In this document: positions 24,666 to 37,933 of the stretch, one piece after another
Layout of the letters: every line of letters starts with the position of its first letter
Numbering within the stretch: position 1 is the first letter of the stretch
DNA from: Anthoceros angustus
Taxonomy: Eukaryota > Plantae > Anthocerotophyta
Length of the DNA stretch: 64,000 bases
Direction: 5' to 3'
NCBI GenBank assembly: GCA_010909165.1
Contig: MU008167.1
Coordinates: 1,550,001 to 1,614,000, forward strand
Program-made: the position numbers and the translations under genes
The notes under the pieces: model-generated
What the model saw: only the letters and a program-made list of their open reading frames with translations
Told to the model about the DNA's origin: nothing
The model's database searches: none

Positions 24666-27600
24666 TGTAAACGATCTAGTCTCGAAACCCCTCAAAATGT
24701 GCCTCAAGTGAATTTTTTGTTTTTACCGTGAGTGGTGGAAAATAAGTCGATTGAAGTTGGGGATATTCATAGTAAAAATGTCCTTGGCCTATGGAGTTCT
24801 TTTTGTTTTATTGCCTAGGTTAGAAAATAAATGGTCCGGAATTTGGTGTTCCTTGGCCCATGGACTCGGAATGTTCCTAAAAAAGGTCTATATATGTGAG
24901 ATAGGGGGTTTGGAATAATTAGAGTCTATAAGTTGGGGTCGACCACGCGAGCCGAATGAGTGAGGTTGTGGATTGGGATGTGGGAAGCGAGAGGTTAACA
25001 GAGTAGGGGAACCCGGGAAACTTAACCCTAGGAAATGATGTAATCCCGCTCAAACAACGGAGCGCAACGGCGGCCGGACGGAGCGAGCGGTGAGCGCGAC
25101 GACGGTCAAGCGCGACGGGTCGAGGAGCCGCGGTCCGGGGCACCGTGATCGCAGGAGGCGCGAGGCGCAACGACGGCGGGAAGGAGCTCGAACCCCGCCG
25201 ACATATCGCGAGGCGCGACGCAGGAGGAGGCGCGACATGGCCGCGCCCTTGCCGAGGAGGTAGGAACCGAGACCGACCTCCGTGAAATTCGCAGGTGGTG
25301 GCGCGGTGGCGCGAGACCGTGAAGACCGTGAGAGGATGGCGCCAAGGTCACCACCAAATTGTGCTTGCCCAATGGCCGAACATGGATCATTGGAAAGTTC
25401 GAGCTGAGCCGTGAAGGAGTCAAGCCGGGTTTCATGGAAGAGCGGTGGAATTACATGAACTCGGACGTGCAGAGTGTGCGCACAGGCGACAAAACCAAAG
25501 GGGATTTAGAGCGGCCGCAGGATTGGGACCGGAGTCGTTAGAAGGGTGTATGGCGGGCGGCAAGGAGGAGGCGGGCGGTTGGTGATGGAGCCGCCCAGAA
25601 AAGAAGCACGGCAAAGCAGCCCGCCCGTTAAAGCGGGCGACCGAACCCAACGGCCGGGTTGACGAGGGATTTGGCAACGCAGCTTGATGGGTCCGCCAGT
25701 GGCTCCTATGTTTCGCAGACAAGAAGTGGATTATTTGTCCCACCACTTGCCCTTCATGAAGTGGTCAAGGGAGCGAAGATCGATTAGCGCCTTTCATCGT
25801 TGTGTTAAGAGAGAGGTGGAGATTGTAGCCTCCTCCACATGTGGAAGCCTTAGGGAGGTGAAATGGAAGGCGGAGGAGCCCAAGGAGGAAAAATGGGATA
25901 GCCGGGAGTCGTGGCGAGGGCCTGGAGGAGGAGAAGGAAATTCCCACCAAAGAAAAGGAGGAAGACCGGGGTGAAGGCGGCATCAAAAAGGTGAAGGCGG
26001 ATGCGCCACCAGTCGGTCGCCAAGGCCAGAAATGAAAGCCAAACGGCAGCTTGGAGGTGGCGTAAGAGGAGGCGCGATCCGAGGACAATTTTGTCGACTG
26101 GATGCGATGATGAATCAACTCCGAGGGTTTAGGGTCGACCTCGAGGCGGACCCTCCTCAAAGATGGGAAGAGATTTTCAAGGGACTCCACCGCAACAGAG
26201 GTGGATGCAACAATTGGTGAGGGTGCGACCGCCGGGAGGAAAGTTCTCGACAGGGATGGCGCGGGCCGCCACAACAAGTGGACTTGGTGAGCCGACCACG
26301 CCGATGATCCGGGCCCAAGCAGATTTGTTGGATCAAGCGGCTTTAGCTCTCACCGCCTCAGCGGACGGAGGAAGTGGTGAAGGCCAGTTTGACGAAGAGG
26401 AGGCCAAGCGCAATCGGAGGAAGACAAGCGGAACCTAGAGGAAATAAGGGCCAAGATTCAAGAAGATTTGTGCAGGCCTGTGAGAAGTTGCAAGCCATGA
26501 CGAAGGAAGCACTCATGGCTCAAATTAAGGATGCCCACGAGACGAACCAGAGATGCTGGGGAGTTGTTGCGAGCCCAGAGCGTGGCGGCCTCGGAAAAGG
26601 CCCATAAGCTAGCGAGCGATATAAGAGGAAGGAAGCGGGACAAGACAAGTAGCGGAAGGGCCCACCGAGCGGAAGGAAGCAAAGAACCGAGGTAGCCGAA
26701 ACCTCACCTACCGCTGTTGTCGAACGACCGTGGAGTCCACTACCGCTGTAGTCGAAACCGCCACCGACATTGGCGCAACCAACCCAAGGTGCGGGGCGAC
26801 AGGATGCGACGTGGCGCCTCGCGAGGACATAGGCCAACTGTGTGTAGCCTACGGGAGGAGGGGGTAAGCACCTCACAGGGGTCCTATTATATTACGGCAC
26901 ATGGATGAGGAAACTTATGTGCCTCGGTCTATATGTGAATGGAGAACGCGCTTTAACCTCACCGCCCATGTGCGTGTGGAAATAGGAGGGATCTGTGGCC
27001 TACCATCGCAAGTGAGGACCAAGTGCATACTTCTACCATCGCGCCCGGTGTGGGGTTGGCTCTATTATGGAGGCGACTTGGAGGAGTTGAGCGAGGAGGA
27101 GGTCCAGCTTGGGTGGACGAGGAGCCGAATAATCCTCGAATAGGCGGCCGGAAGATGCGGAAGCCCAGTGGTACACCTCAAATTACGCCCAGCAGCGATG
27201 AGGTGGAAGTAGTGGGAGAACCACCACGCGTGGCGAGAGCTCGTGGCAGCAATGGAGGACGAGGGGCCGACGCCAAGTCGAGGTAGGGCGCAGACAGATG
27301 AGGTGGTAGCAACCTAAAGATAATTTGGTTAGGATGTCGATCGACCTAGGATCGCCCGAATTGTGGGCGCCTCTTCGATAGCCATCTTAGGACCTAAAAT
27401 CCGGGTGGTGCCCACCGATGTATAAGAGGGGCGAATTAGGTCCCTCACGAGCACTCGGTTGAGATCCCCACGCCTGGGGTTGGAGACGTCCGATTGAGGC
27501 GGTGCGGCGAGACGCCCTAGGGGTGGTCGAGAGCTTGCTCCGCACTGGGAGGAGGGGTGAAAGCAATCTTGCCGACAAAGGAGGAGGAAACCAAGGGATT

Positions 27601-28356
27601 GGCGCGGGCGGTCCGGAGCTTGCTGTAACGCCTGCCGTGGACGCCTGGGGTTCTTTTTTCCTTCACACTTGTCCCGCTAGTTGTGTTCAATTAAGAGAGA
27701 AGTGTTGAGTGGATGAAGCTGGGCGAGTTGAGGGAGAGAGAGAGAGGAGAAGATTGGTGAAGGAGTGACTAAACAGACGCGATGGCGAGGTGTGAGAGGG
27801 GTTGAGAAGGGAACTAATTGAGAGGCTAGCGGAGATTGTGTGAATCCAAAAGAAACCAAACCGTCACTGGTGGAAGGCATGCAAGGGGAAGCCCTTAAAA
27901 GTTGTGTGAGTGTGGCGCCTTTGTGTGTGTGTGTGTGGAGCGTGAGGATTTGTGGAATTTAGGTCCCTAGGAATCGTGTGTGTGTGCATGAAGTGTGAGT
28001 GCGTAAAGCCGGATCCGCACGCTGGACGCCCGTGGCGTGGATCCGCGCCGCCGGAAATAAGTCGCTAGGGTTTGGTGTGGACCCACCTGGTGGCAACTAC
28101 CCGGGGTGAGACACCACGGCCGTGGAAAGAGGCGGTCGTGGAATAAGAGCCGGTGGTAGACAAGTCGGGGGTAGTAGTGGTTGAGTAGATAGGTAAGAGG
28201 AGTAATAGCAAGTAAGTCTTGACTTAGGTGAAGAGCGATAGAAGTTAGCGCCTCTTGGCACAAACCATTCCCTTGGGAGCGAATCCTAAGCCTACAACGA
28301 CATTGAGGGTGAATGTGGACCTCACGGTGTCCCCGGACACGAATCCACACTCCACA
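24666..28356 (+). repeat. LTR1 (5' LTR, 3691 bp)
   Basis: Starts TGTAAACGATCTAG, ends ...GAATCCACACTCCACA, followed by PBS. Confidence 0.92.
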
Positions 28357-28359
28357 TTT

Positions 28360-28374
28360 TGGCGCCGCTGCGGA
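28360..28374 (+). promoter_or_regulatory. Primer binding site (tRNA-Asp type, imperfect copy)
   Basis: TGGCGCCGCTGCGGA, 3 nt after the LTR end; compare the intact copy at 37917. Confidence 0.75.
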
Positions 28375-31300
28375 ATGGAATCGTCAAGGACGAGGAAGGA
28401 CTAACCATAGCTTACGAGTCTAGCATTACTAGATTGATGGATGCCTCGGTGGAGACAAGCGATTCGATCCGACCGGGGAAACGCTCGCAAGACGGCAACG
28501 CCAAGCTGGAAAGATTGCAGAGAGTTACGAGGAGAGCACGGAGATCACACTTGCCGGACGAGGAAGGGGGGGAGTCAACTGAACTAGGGATCGGATCTTA
28601 GATTGATTCCCAACTCTCGACTACAAGCGGTAAGGGGCCGTACCCGATCCACCTTGTCTTTTGATCTCGCCCATTGCCTAGACCGCCGCCCAAACAACTC
28701 GTGAATGTAGAGGTCCCCGCGAGTGGCCGCGGCCAACTACCGCAATGCTGAAAGTACTACCGGTAGTTATGGCGATCTGCTACTACTACAATCTTACCCG
28801 CTGTATGGAGAAAAGAAGGGCCATGAGGATCCCGACGAGTTTGTCGAGCTGCTTTGAGCGCTTGACGCCACAACCGTGAGGATGCGATCGTGCCCATTGC
28901 TTTATGGAGTCTTACGCGGAGCGCGGCCAAGTGGTACAAGCGGGAGTACATAGCTTCCGCCACACCCCGCCTACTTTGGGGCCTTGAAGAGAGCTTTTGT
29001 GAAAGATCTGAGAGGTCGATGTGGAAGGATATGTCTTGTCCAAACTCGAGGGATGCGGAGAGGGAAGGAGACACCGCAGCTTATGTGGAAAGGTTCCAGC
29101 CCACGGATCGGGCCGGTCCGCACTCGAGCTAATGGCCATTCACCGGTTTGCAAGAGGATTGGGCGAGATGGGAAGGCACGTGCTCTGTCGAGAAAGATTT
29201 GGATCGGGCGATTAAAGTCGCCTGAACTATGAGGAGTCCAATGGAAGAGAAGAAGAACTCGAACAAGGGCGCAAAGGACAAAAAGAAATACAAAAGAAGA
29301 AGAAGTACTATTCTCCTCCCTGCCCACGGAGGAGGATAGTTTTCAACCGACTCGGTAGCTCCACGGAAGAGGAGACCAAGAGGATTCGGAGGAGAATCGT
29401 CGAAGGTGAGCGCAATCAAGGGATAGAAGGAAGAAGGGAAAAATGAACAAGACGACGACGTGCAAAGGGAAGGAGCTATATGCACGAAAGGACGCGGAGC
29501 AGTGAGAAGAGAGGTGGAAACAGCCAAAAAGTGGAGCAACAAGGGAACAAGATGGAGGAAATGATGGTCAAACCGAGAAACTCCATCTTAATGCCATCAA
29601 GGACCATGATAGAAGAAGGGTTGCTACCGGAGCGAATCTCTCGCTCAACTTGTGGATGCAGGGCACTCGAGGTCGACTCCACAAACAAAAGTGCAACCAT
29701 CGGGCTACGAGGAGGAGGATGAGGAGATGTGCTTGGAAGATACATACCAAATTCAAGAGGCAACACCGATCTCGGTACCAAAACTTTGTACCTCGAGTTT
29801 GCGAAACCCACGTGCATGGGCATTCGCAATCGATGGCAAGGAACCCCGCAAATGAGTGCCGCCCGTTACAATTGCCGAGGGTTCGCATCTTGCGGATGCC
29901 CCTCCGCATCTCGCCAGGGAATGGTGATTTTGAAAGGTCGTGTGTGGACCGCAAGCAATCGTCACGAGCGGGCAGTCCCGCCAGACACCGAAAACAGTGA
30001 GGATCGCTCAACCTCCGGACGGCCACCACCCTGCAAAGAAAGCCCGCTGCCAATGCAAGTCAAGATGCGCCATGGTCAGTATGGGAGGATTCCGAGGCGC
30101 ACCGAGGAGCCCGGAAGGGTTGGGGATGTGGATAGTGGGTATTACGGAACCCGCGCGGACGGAGCGGCGAGAGGAAGGCGGACACCCTAAGAAGGGGGAG
30201 CGAGGAAAAAGGAAGAAGAACGGAGTGGAGCCCATAACGTCCAAGTGAGGAGGAAGAGGCGCCTTCATCAAAGGGAAGGAAGAGAAGTCCAACCACAAAA
30301 CCCGACGAGGGACTCGATGAGTCGCCGAAAAAGAAAAGGGGAGCGAATCCGGACGGGAGCAAGGCACGAACGCCACACTTAACGCGAGGGTTGCGATTCG
30401 GATGGCATCGTGTAACTCCCTTAGCAGCCGAGACCGCGGATTCGAGGGTGAAGTGCAAAAAGGACAATGGACCATGGACTCGAGTCGACACATGGGGCGA
30501 AAACCCGCAAGAGGAAAAAAGGATGAGTCGGCGTTTCCGCCTGGCGTCGTGGGAAGGTTATGGATATGATCCGACAAGAATCGGAACAGACGGCCGCATT
30601 TTGGCCATCGACCCACCACCCACCTACCGCCTGCTTCAACGACCGCAACATCTCAAAACAACATCATGATGAAATGATGGGGTTGGCGGAGAAAGGAGAA
30701 ATGTAGCCTGTTCCTTTCAATTTGGCACTATCATGGACCAAAAGTTCATGATAAGACGCCTTCTCGTGGACAATCAGACCGCCAAAGAACTGGGGCATTG
30801 AAGGCGGCACAACCCAAGAAGAGAGAACCTTTCCACCCCAAGGCCGAAATCCCTTGCTGTGAATATGGTGGCCATGATGGACTGTGGTCTCATGGAGCTC
30901 TGATAGAAATTATGGATGTGTAATCAAGAAGGTGCCTAGATTCGGGTCGAGTCAACATCATGACAGAGGAGACCGCCTAAGCTTGGGTTGCGATAGAACA
31001 TACATCAAAGGTGTTGCGGACATGTCCAAAATGGCGCCGAGGGGAGCCGACGGAGTCCTAACCCATATTGGTACCATTCCGCACCTCATGGACTACGTGG
31101 TCATTAAACAAAAAGCGCCTGTGGTATGAGGTTCTCATTGACGAACATGGATGTATGGGGCACGCTTGCACCTTCAAATGGGCGAAAGGAAGTGGGATTC
31201 AAACCGGACGGGACCCCAAAATTAAGGAGGAAGGATATGTTTGACTTGGAGCAGATACGACGAGGGAGACACCCACAAACGGAGGGATACACCTCTAAGA

Positions 31301-34256
31301 TACCTGGGAGAGGATGAGAAGGAGAAATTCCCATTCGCACATATTTCGTGGTCGATGAAGAGGACGACAAGAGATATTCCCATTCCATCAACCTATTAGG
31401 GTGCTATGGAGTCACAATTGACAACCCGTGGTCGGACCGAGGAGACCAGACGAGGTCGAGGAACAAGAAGTAGAGGTGGGCGGGAGCGACGATCCGGACA
31501 AACTTCGGAGGGTGCGAGGTGGTGTCTCACGCTTTACCTCGACGACCTATTCCGGAATGGGGAATGCGAAGGAGAACCAAGACACCGGAGGAAGGGTTCG
31601 CATCACATCCGCCGGTGGAGAGAGAGTGCAGACGGATGAGGTCAAGGATGTGGAAGTGTTGCCCGGCAAGGTCCTTAAGTTTTCAACAGGATGAATGACT
31701 TGGAAAGGGGTATGAAACAAATTGCGGAATTTATCCACGCTTTTGACGTTACATATGAAGGGTATACCGAGGAGTGGGGGGGGAGCACAAGATTGATCTC
31801 GAGCCGTGCCGTCACCGGATACCGCAATACAAGCTAAATCCAAAGTATTCTGAAGGTAAAGGAACAATTGAGCTCTACTATGCGCGACGCCATATATCCT
31901 ATTGTGACATCGGAGTGGGTAGCCCCAATTGTGGTGGTTCCCAAAAAGCGAAGGGAAGATACGGTCCGAGATTGGAGGAAGTTAAACAAGGTGACCAAAA
32001 AGACCATTACCCGCTTCCATTCATAGACAACATCGGACTTAGTCGCAGGGAGAATGGTCTACCTGCTCGGATGGGTATTCGGTATAACCAGCATCTCGTG
32101 GAGAGTGATTGGCCACTACCCTTCACTACTGATCGGGAACCTATGCCTACAAACGGAGCGCTCGGATTAACAGGGCACCGTGATCCTTCATGCGACATTG
32201 TCAAGATTTTCAAGGAATACCTTAGGGACTTCATGGAGGTCTTCCGGATGACTTCGCGTGTTTGGAGCAAATAAAGATCACCTCAACCACCTTCGCAAAT
32301 GTCCGAACGGTGTCAACAGATAATTGTGTCTACATCCCGAGAAGTGTTATTTCGCATGCCGAGGGTATTTTGTTGGGGCACCGATTGCATGGGATAGAGG
32401 TCGACCGGATAAGGTCAAAATCATTACCCTCAAGCCACCTACCATCAAGGAGCTTAGGGATTCCTCGGAATGGTAGGCTATTATCAAGGTTTGTGAAGAA
32501 TTTCTCCGAAGGGCGGCCCGCTACGAATGCTTCGCAAGGACCAGGAGGGAATGGACGAAAAACGAGAGGAGGCCTTCAATGATCTTCGCACCACCGATCA
32601 CAAGACCCACGCGGGGCCGATCGAACAAGAAGTTCCACGTGTTTGTAGACGTTTCGCCTATGCAATCGGTACCATTCTAAGCCAAAGGGATGACAAGAAG
32701 CACGATTATCCAATCTATTATGGGAGGCACACGACGCAGAAGAAGTATACCACCACCGAGAGGGAGGCGCTAGGATGGTGTACTCGGTTCAAGTTTCGTC
32801 ACTATTTGCTATCCCACGAGTTCGCTTCCATGTGGACCACTTCGCCTCAAACACCGGTAAACAAACCGACTTGTCCGGACGCATAGCAAGATGGATCCTA
32901 CTCCGCAAGAATTCACGCTCACGGTGGAGACCGAGGAGGAGTAAACATGTGAATGCAGATTACATTTCGAGGTAAAAGAGGAGGTTACACAGACCAAAAC
33001 GACGATTTTCCGATGAAGCTGCTCGCACAGAGTTAGGGGGCCGGCCAACCATAAGGCGAGGGTAAATGGTGGCTCGGCAGAAATGAGAAGGGAGAACGGA
33101 TACACAAGGCCCACTCACGAGGAGATGATGGAATTCTTGGAACGGGAAAATACCATCGGATCTTTCAAACCCCAGCCAAAGCTAGCACTATTCGCGTCCG
33201 CTTGTACGACGAAAGACAATCTGCAGATCGGGACCGGATGGGCGGGACAAAGTTATGGGTAACAAGGAGCAGTTATCCGAGTTGAGATGCACGAGGGGAA
33301 GGACATTTGCGCATATATCACGTGCAAGAAGGTGCTTGAAACGGGTACGGTGGCAAACCATGCATCGATGCTAGGAGTTTGTTAAACGTGCGATGCCCGC
33401 CGAGGGTTGGGAAACCGTCGCAACCACTCAATGGCCAATGGTTCCAATATTGGCCCCGGCGCCATTCGAGAAATGGGGAATAGACTTTGTTGGTCCCATA
33501 CACCAAAAACGAGGACGCGACAAAACCAATACATCCTCGTACTATCATCGCACGTATGGTGGAAGCCCAAGCACGCAGTAGACACATGTAGTGGCGTTCC
33601 TCTATGAATGATTATCACTCGATATGGTGTCCTTGGAGCTTGTCACGAGGGTCACATTTCGTCAACGGTTATATCTCATATGACGATCTACTTCAACGTC
33701 GCCACAGAAAACGACTCCTTATAATCCCAAGGCAAATGGCTTAACGGAAAAGGCGAATGGGCTCTGTGCAGGATCCTCAACAAGCTAACGGTGGAATACG
33801 ACGATCGGATCTTAAGCTTCACCCGCGCCTGGGCATACAGGATCGCAGAGAAAATAACAACGCAACAAACACCGCATTACCTCACCTACGGCCATTCTCC
33901 AGAATGCCTATTGAGTTTGAAATTCCCACCGCGATCCAGTGAAACTAACCGCATGGCGAGAGGAAAGTCACCGAACGCCTGTCGCCTTCTAAACATACAG
34001 AGGATAGGGAAGGCTGAGCGCGCGTGATATTCAGCAAAAGGAAAATATGGCATGACAATGTTGGAAGCAAGAGTGGGTGATTCCTGACTTGGCCTCATTG
34101 ACGACAATAGGTACATGCACTTTCCAAGCTCCACCTTCGATGGATGGGGCCATAGGTTCTCAAGTCTTCAAGAATGGCTCAAGACAACGCAAGAGTTAGC
34201 AGACCTCCACTACCACCCGAGTCAATGGGTGGAGGGTCAAGAAGTATTATACATAA
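28375..34256 (+). pseudogene. Gypsy gag-pol, copy 1 (heavily frameshifted as assembled)
   Basis: Gag core (GALKRAFVK..EGYVLSKLE..AAYVERF), CCHC knuckles (~29860-29980), protease LDSGS (~30935), RT KVTKKDHYPLPFID / EYLRDFMEVF, RNase H YTTTEREALG, integrase FEKWGIDFVGPI, GPY/F tail RWMG..RVLK..TRVNGWRVKKYYT*. Confidence 0.88.
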
Positions 34257-34277
34257 GTTGGCGGGACGCCAACAAAT

Positions 34278-34287
34278 GAGAAGGGAG
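34278..34287 (+). promoter_or_regulatory. Polypurine tract of internal region 1
   Basis: GAGAAGGGAG, 2 nt before LTR2. Confidence 0.8.
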
Positions 34288-34289
34288 TA

Positions 34290-37200
34290 TGTAAACGATC
34301 TAGTCTCGAAACCCTGTAAAATGTGCCTGGTGAATTTTTTGTTTTTGGGGAGTGTGTGAAAATAAGTCGGGTGAGTAGTTGGGGATATTCATAGTAATGT
34401 CCTTGGCCTATGGAGTTCTTTTTGTTTTATTGCCTAGGTTAGAAATAAATGGTCCGGAATTTGGTGTTCCTTGGCCCATGGACTCGGAATGTTCCCTAAA
34501 AAAGTCTATATATGTGAGATAGGGGGTTTGGAATAATTAGAGTCTATAAGTTGGGGTCGAACGCCGGTAGCCGAATGAGTGGGTTGTGGATTGGGATGAA
34601 GCAGAGGTCTAACAGAGTAGGGGAACCGGGAAACTTAACCCTAGGAAATGATGTAATCCTGCTCAAACAACGGAGCGCAACGCGGCCGGACGGAGCGAGT
34701 GAGCGACGACGGGCGCGACGGGTAGGAGCCGTGTCCGGGGCACCGTGATCGCAGGAGGCGCGAGGCGCAACGACGGCGGAAGGAGCTCAACCCCGCCGAC
34801 ATCGCGAGGCGCGACGCAGAGGAGGAAGGCGCGACAGACAGCGCGCCTCCGAGGAGGTAGGAACCGAGACGACCTCCGTGAAATTCGCAGCGGTGGCGCG
34901 GTTGTGGCGCGACCAGAAGACCGTGAGAGGATGGCGCCCAAGGTCACCACCAATTGTGCTTGCCCAATGGCCGAACATGGATCATTGGAAAGTTCGGAGC
35001 CGGTGAAGGAGTCAAGCCGGGTTTCATGGAAGAGCGGTGGAATTACATGAACTCGGACCGGTGAGTGCGCCACACCGGGGACATACCAAAGCGGGATTTA
35101 GAGCGGCCGCAGGATTGGGACTGGAGCCGGGAGGGTGGGCGGGGCGGCAAGGAGGAGGCGGCGGTTGGTGATGGAGCCGTCCAGAAAAGAAGAAGCAAGG
35201 CAGCACCGCCCGTTAAAGCGGGCGACCATGAACCCAACGCTGGTTGACGAGGATTTGGCAATGCTTGATGGGTCCGCCAGTGGCTATGTTTCGCACAAGA
35301 AGTGGATTATTTGTCGACCACTTGCCGCCTTTCCGCGAAGTGGTCAAGGCGAGGGCGATCGATTGCACCTTCTCGGTCCATCTTGTGAAGAGAGAGGTGG
35401 AGATTGTAGCCTCCACATGTGGAAGCCGCTAGGGAGGTGAAATGGAAGGCGGAGGAGCCCAAGGAGGAAAAATCGGATAGCCGGGAGTCGGTGGCAGGCC
35501 TGAGGAGGAGAAGGAAATTCCCACCAAAGAAAAGGAGGAAGACCGGGGTGAAAGGCGGGCATCGTGAAAAGGTGAGGATGCTCACTGTCGAAAACGCGCG
35601 CCACAGAAAATGAAAGCCAAACGCAGCTTGGAGGTGGCGAAGAGGAGGCGCGATCCGAGGACAATTTTGCGACTGGATGCGGATGATGAATCAACTGAGG
35701 GTTTAGGGGCGACCTCGAGGCGGACCCTCCTCAAAGATGGGAAGAGATTTTCAAGGGGACTCCACCGCAACAGAGGTGGATGCAACCGAATTGGTGAGGG
35801 TGCGCACCGGGAGGAAAGTTCTCGACGGAGGGATGGCGTCGCGCTGGGGCCGCCACAACAAGTGGACTTGCAGGAGCTGACCACGCCGATGATCCGCCTG
35901 CGATTTGTTGGATCAAGCGGCTTTAGCTCTCACCGGCTCGGTGCGGGGCGAGGAGGAAGTGGTGAAGGCCAGTTTGACAAGAGGAGGCGCTGGAGGAAGA
36001 CAAGATTCAAGAAGATTTGGGCTGTAAGCCATGACGAGCCAGGAAGCACTCATGGCTCAAATTAAGGATGCCCACGACGAACCGTGAGATGCGGGGAGTT
36101 GCGAGCCCAGAGGTGAAGCGGCCTCGGGAAAAGGCCCATAAGCTAGCGGAGGCGATATAAGAGGGAAGGCACGTAGCGGTGACCACGATCGGAGTAGCGA
36201 AGGGCCTACCGAAGGAAGGAAGCAAGAACCGAGGTAGCCGAAACCTCACCTACCGCGGTTGTCGAACTAACGACGGTGGAGTCCACTACCGCAGTCGAAA
36301 CCGCACCGACATTGGCGCAACCAACCGGGCGTGGCCGGGCGACAGGATGCGACGTGGCGCCTCGCGAGGACATAGGCCAGCAACCGGTGTAGCCTACGGA
36401 GGAGGGGGTAAGCACCTCACCGCAGCAGGGTCCTATTATATTACGGCACATGGATGAGGAAACTTATGTGCTCGGTCTATATGTGAATGGAGAACGCGTG
36501 CTTAACCTCACCGCCCATGTGCGTGGAAATAGGAGGGATCGTGGCCTACCACGCAAGTGAGGACCCGGTGCATACTTCTACCACCGCGCCGGGTGGGGTT
36601 GGCTCCCTATTATGCGGAGGCGACTTTGGAGGAGTTGAGCGAGGAGGAGGTCCAGCTTGGGTGGACGAGGAGCCGAATAATCCTCAATAGGCGGCCGGAA
36701 GATGCGGAAGCCCAGGCGGTACACCTCAAATTCGACGCCCAGCAGTGATGTGAGGTGGAAGTAGTGTGGGAGAACCCGTCACCAGCGGGCGGTGAGAGCT
36801 CGTGGCGGCAGAATGGAGGACGAGGCACGCCAAGTCGAGGTAGGGCGCAGATAGCGAGGTCGAGGTGGTAGCAACCTAAAGATAATTTGGTTAGGATGTC
36901 GATCGGACCTAGGATCGCCCGAATTGTGGGCGGCTCTTCGCGATAGCCATCTTAGGACCTAAAAATCCGGGTGGTGCCCACCGATGTATAAGAGGGGCGA
37001 ATTAGGTCCCTCACGAGCATTCTGGTTGAGATCCCCACGCCTGTGGCTGGTTGGAGACGTCCGATGAGGCGGTGTGCGCGAGACGCCTAGGGGTGGTCGA
37101 GCTTGCCCGCACTGGGAGGAGGGGTGACCAATCTGGCCGACAAAGGAGGAGGAAACCAAGGGATTGGCGCGGGCGTCCGGAGCTTGCTCGTAACGCCTGT

Positions 37201-37913
37201 GACGCCCGGGGTTCTTTTTCCTTCACACTTGTCCCGCTAGTTGTGTTCAATTAAGAGAAGTGTTGAGTGGATGGTTGGAAGCTGCGAGTTGAGGAGAGAG
37301 AGAGAGAGAGAGAGAGATTGGGTGAAGGAGTGACTAAACAGCGCTGCGCGAGGTGTGAGAGGGGTTGAGAAGGGAACTAATTGAGAGGCTAGCGGTGGAG
37401 ATGTGTGAATCCAAAAGAAACCAAACCGGTCCTGGTGGAAGCGTGCGCAGGAAAGCTCCTTGTAAAGTTGAGTGTGGCGCCTTTGTGTGTGTGTGTGGAG
37501 CGTGAGGATTTGTGGAATTTAGGTCCCTAGGAATCGGTGTGTGTGTGCATGAAGTGTGGAGTGCGAAAAGCCGGATCCGTGCAGCGGTGGGGCCGTGGCG
37601 ATCGCGCCGGCTGGAATAAGTCGCTAGGGTTTGGGTGTGGGACCCACCTCTCGGTGGGCAACTACCGGTGAGAACACCGCGTGGGAATGAGATTTGCGGT
37701 TAATGAGAGCGTGGTGGCTAGACGGGGGGGTAGTAGTGGTTGAGTAGATAGGTAAGAGGAGTAATAGCAAGTAAGTCTTGACTTAGGTGAAGGCGATGAA
37801 GTTAGCGTCTCTTGGCACAAACCATTCCCTTGGGAGCGAATCCTAAGCCTACAACGACATTGAGGGTGAATGTGGACCTCACGGTGTCCCCGGACACGAA
37901 TCCACACTCCACA
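34290..37913 (+). repeat. LTR2 (shared middle LTR, 3624 bp)
   Basis: Preceded by PPT, followed by PBS; collinear with LTR1 and LTR3. Confidence 0.92.
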
Positions 37914-37916
37914 TTT

Positions 37917-37932
37917 TGGCGCCGTTGCCGGG
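37917..37932 (+). promoter_or_regulatory. Primer binding site complementary to the 3' end of plant tRNA-Asp(GUC)
   Basis: TGGCGCCGTTGCCGGG is the reverse complement of ...CCCGGCAACGGCGCCA-3' of plant tRNA-Asp. Confidence 0.85.
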
Positions 37933-37933
37933 A

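Noticed and set aside
27967-28350. Antisense ORF at the LTR 3' end (also 37662-38051, 46526-47125)
   Set aside because: Frames and stops differ between LTR copies and composition is low-complexity; no coding signal comparable to the sense block.
29129-30619. Minus-strand ORFs up to 203 aa within gag
   Set aside because: Antisense shadows of purine-rich gag sequence (F/S/L/P-rich).
34256-34290. env-like ORF or chromodomain after integrase
   Set aside because: pol ends at RVKKYYT* with only ~33 nt before the LTR.
37917-37932. tRNA gene
   Set aside because: Only the 16-nt complement of a tRNA 3' end (PBS); no cloverleaf.
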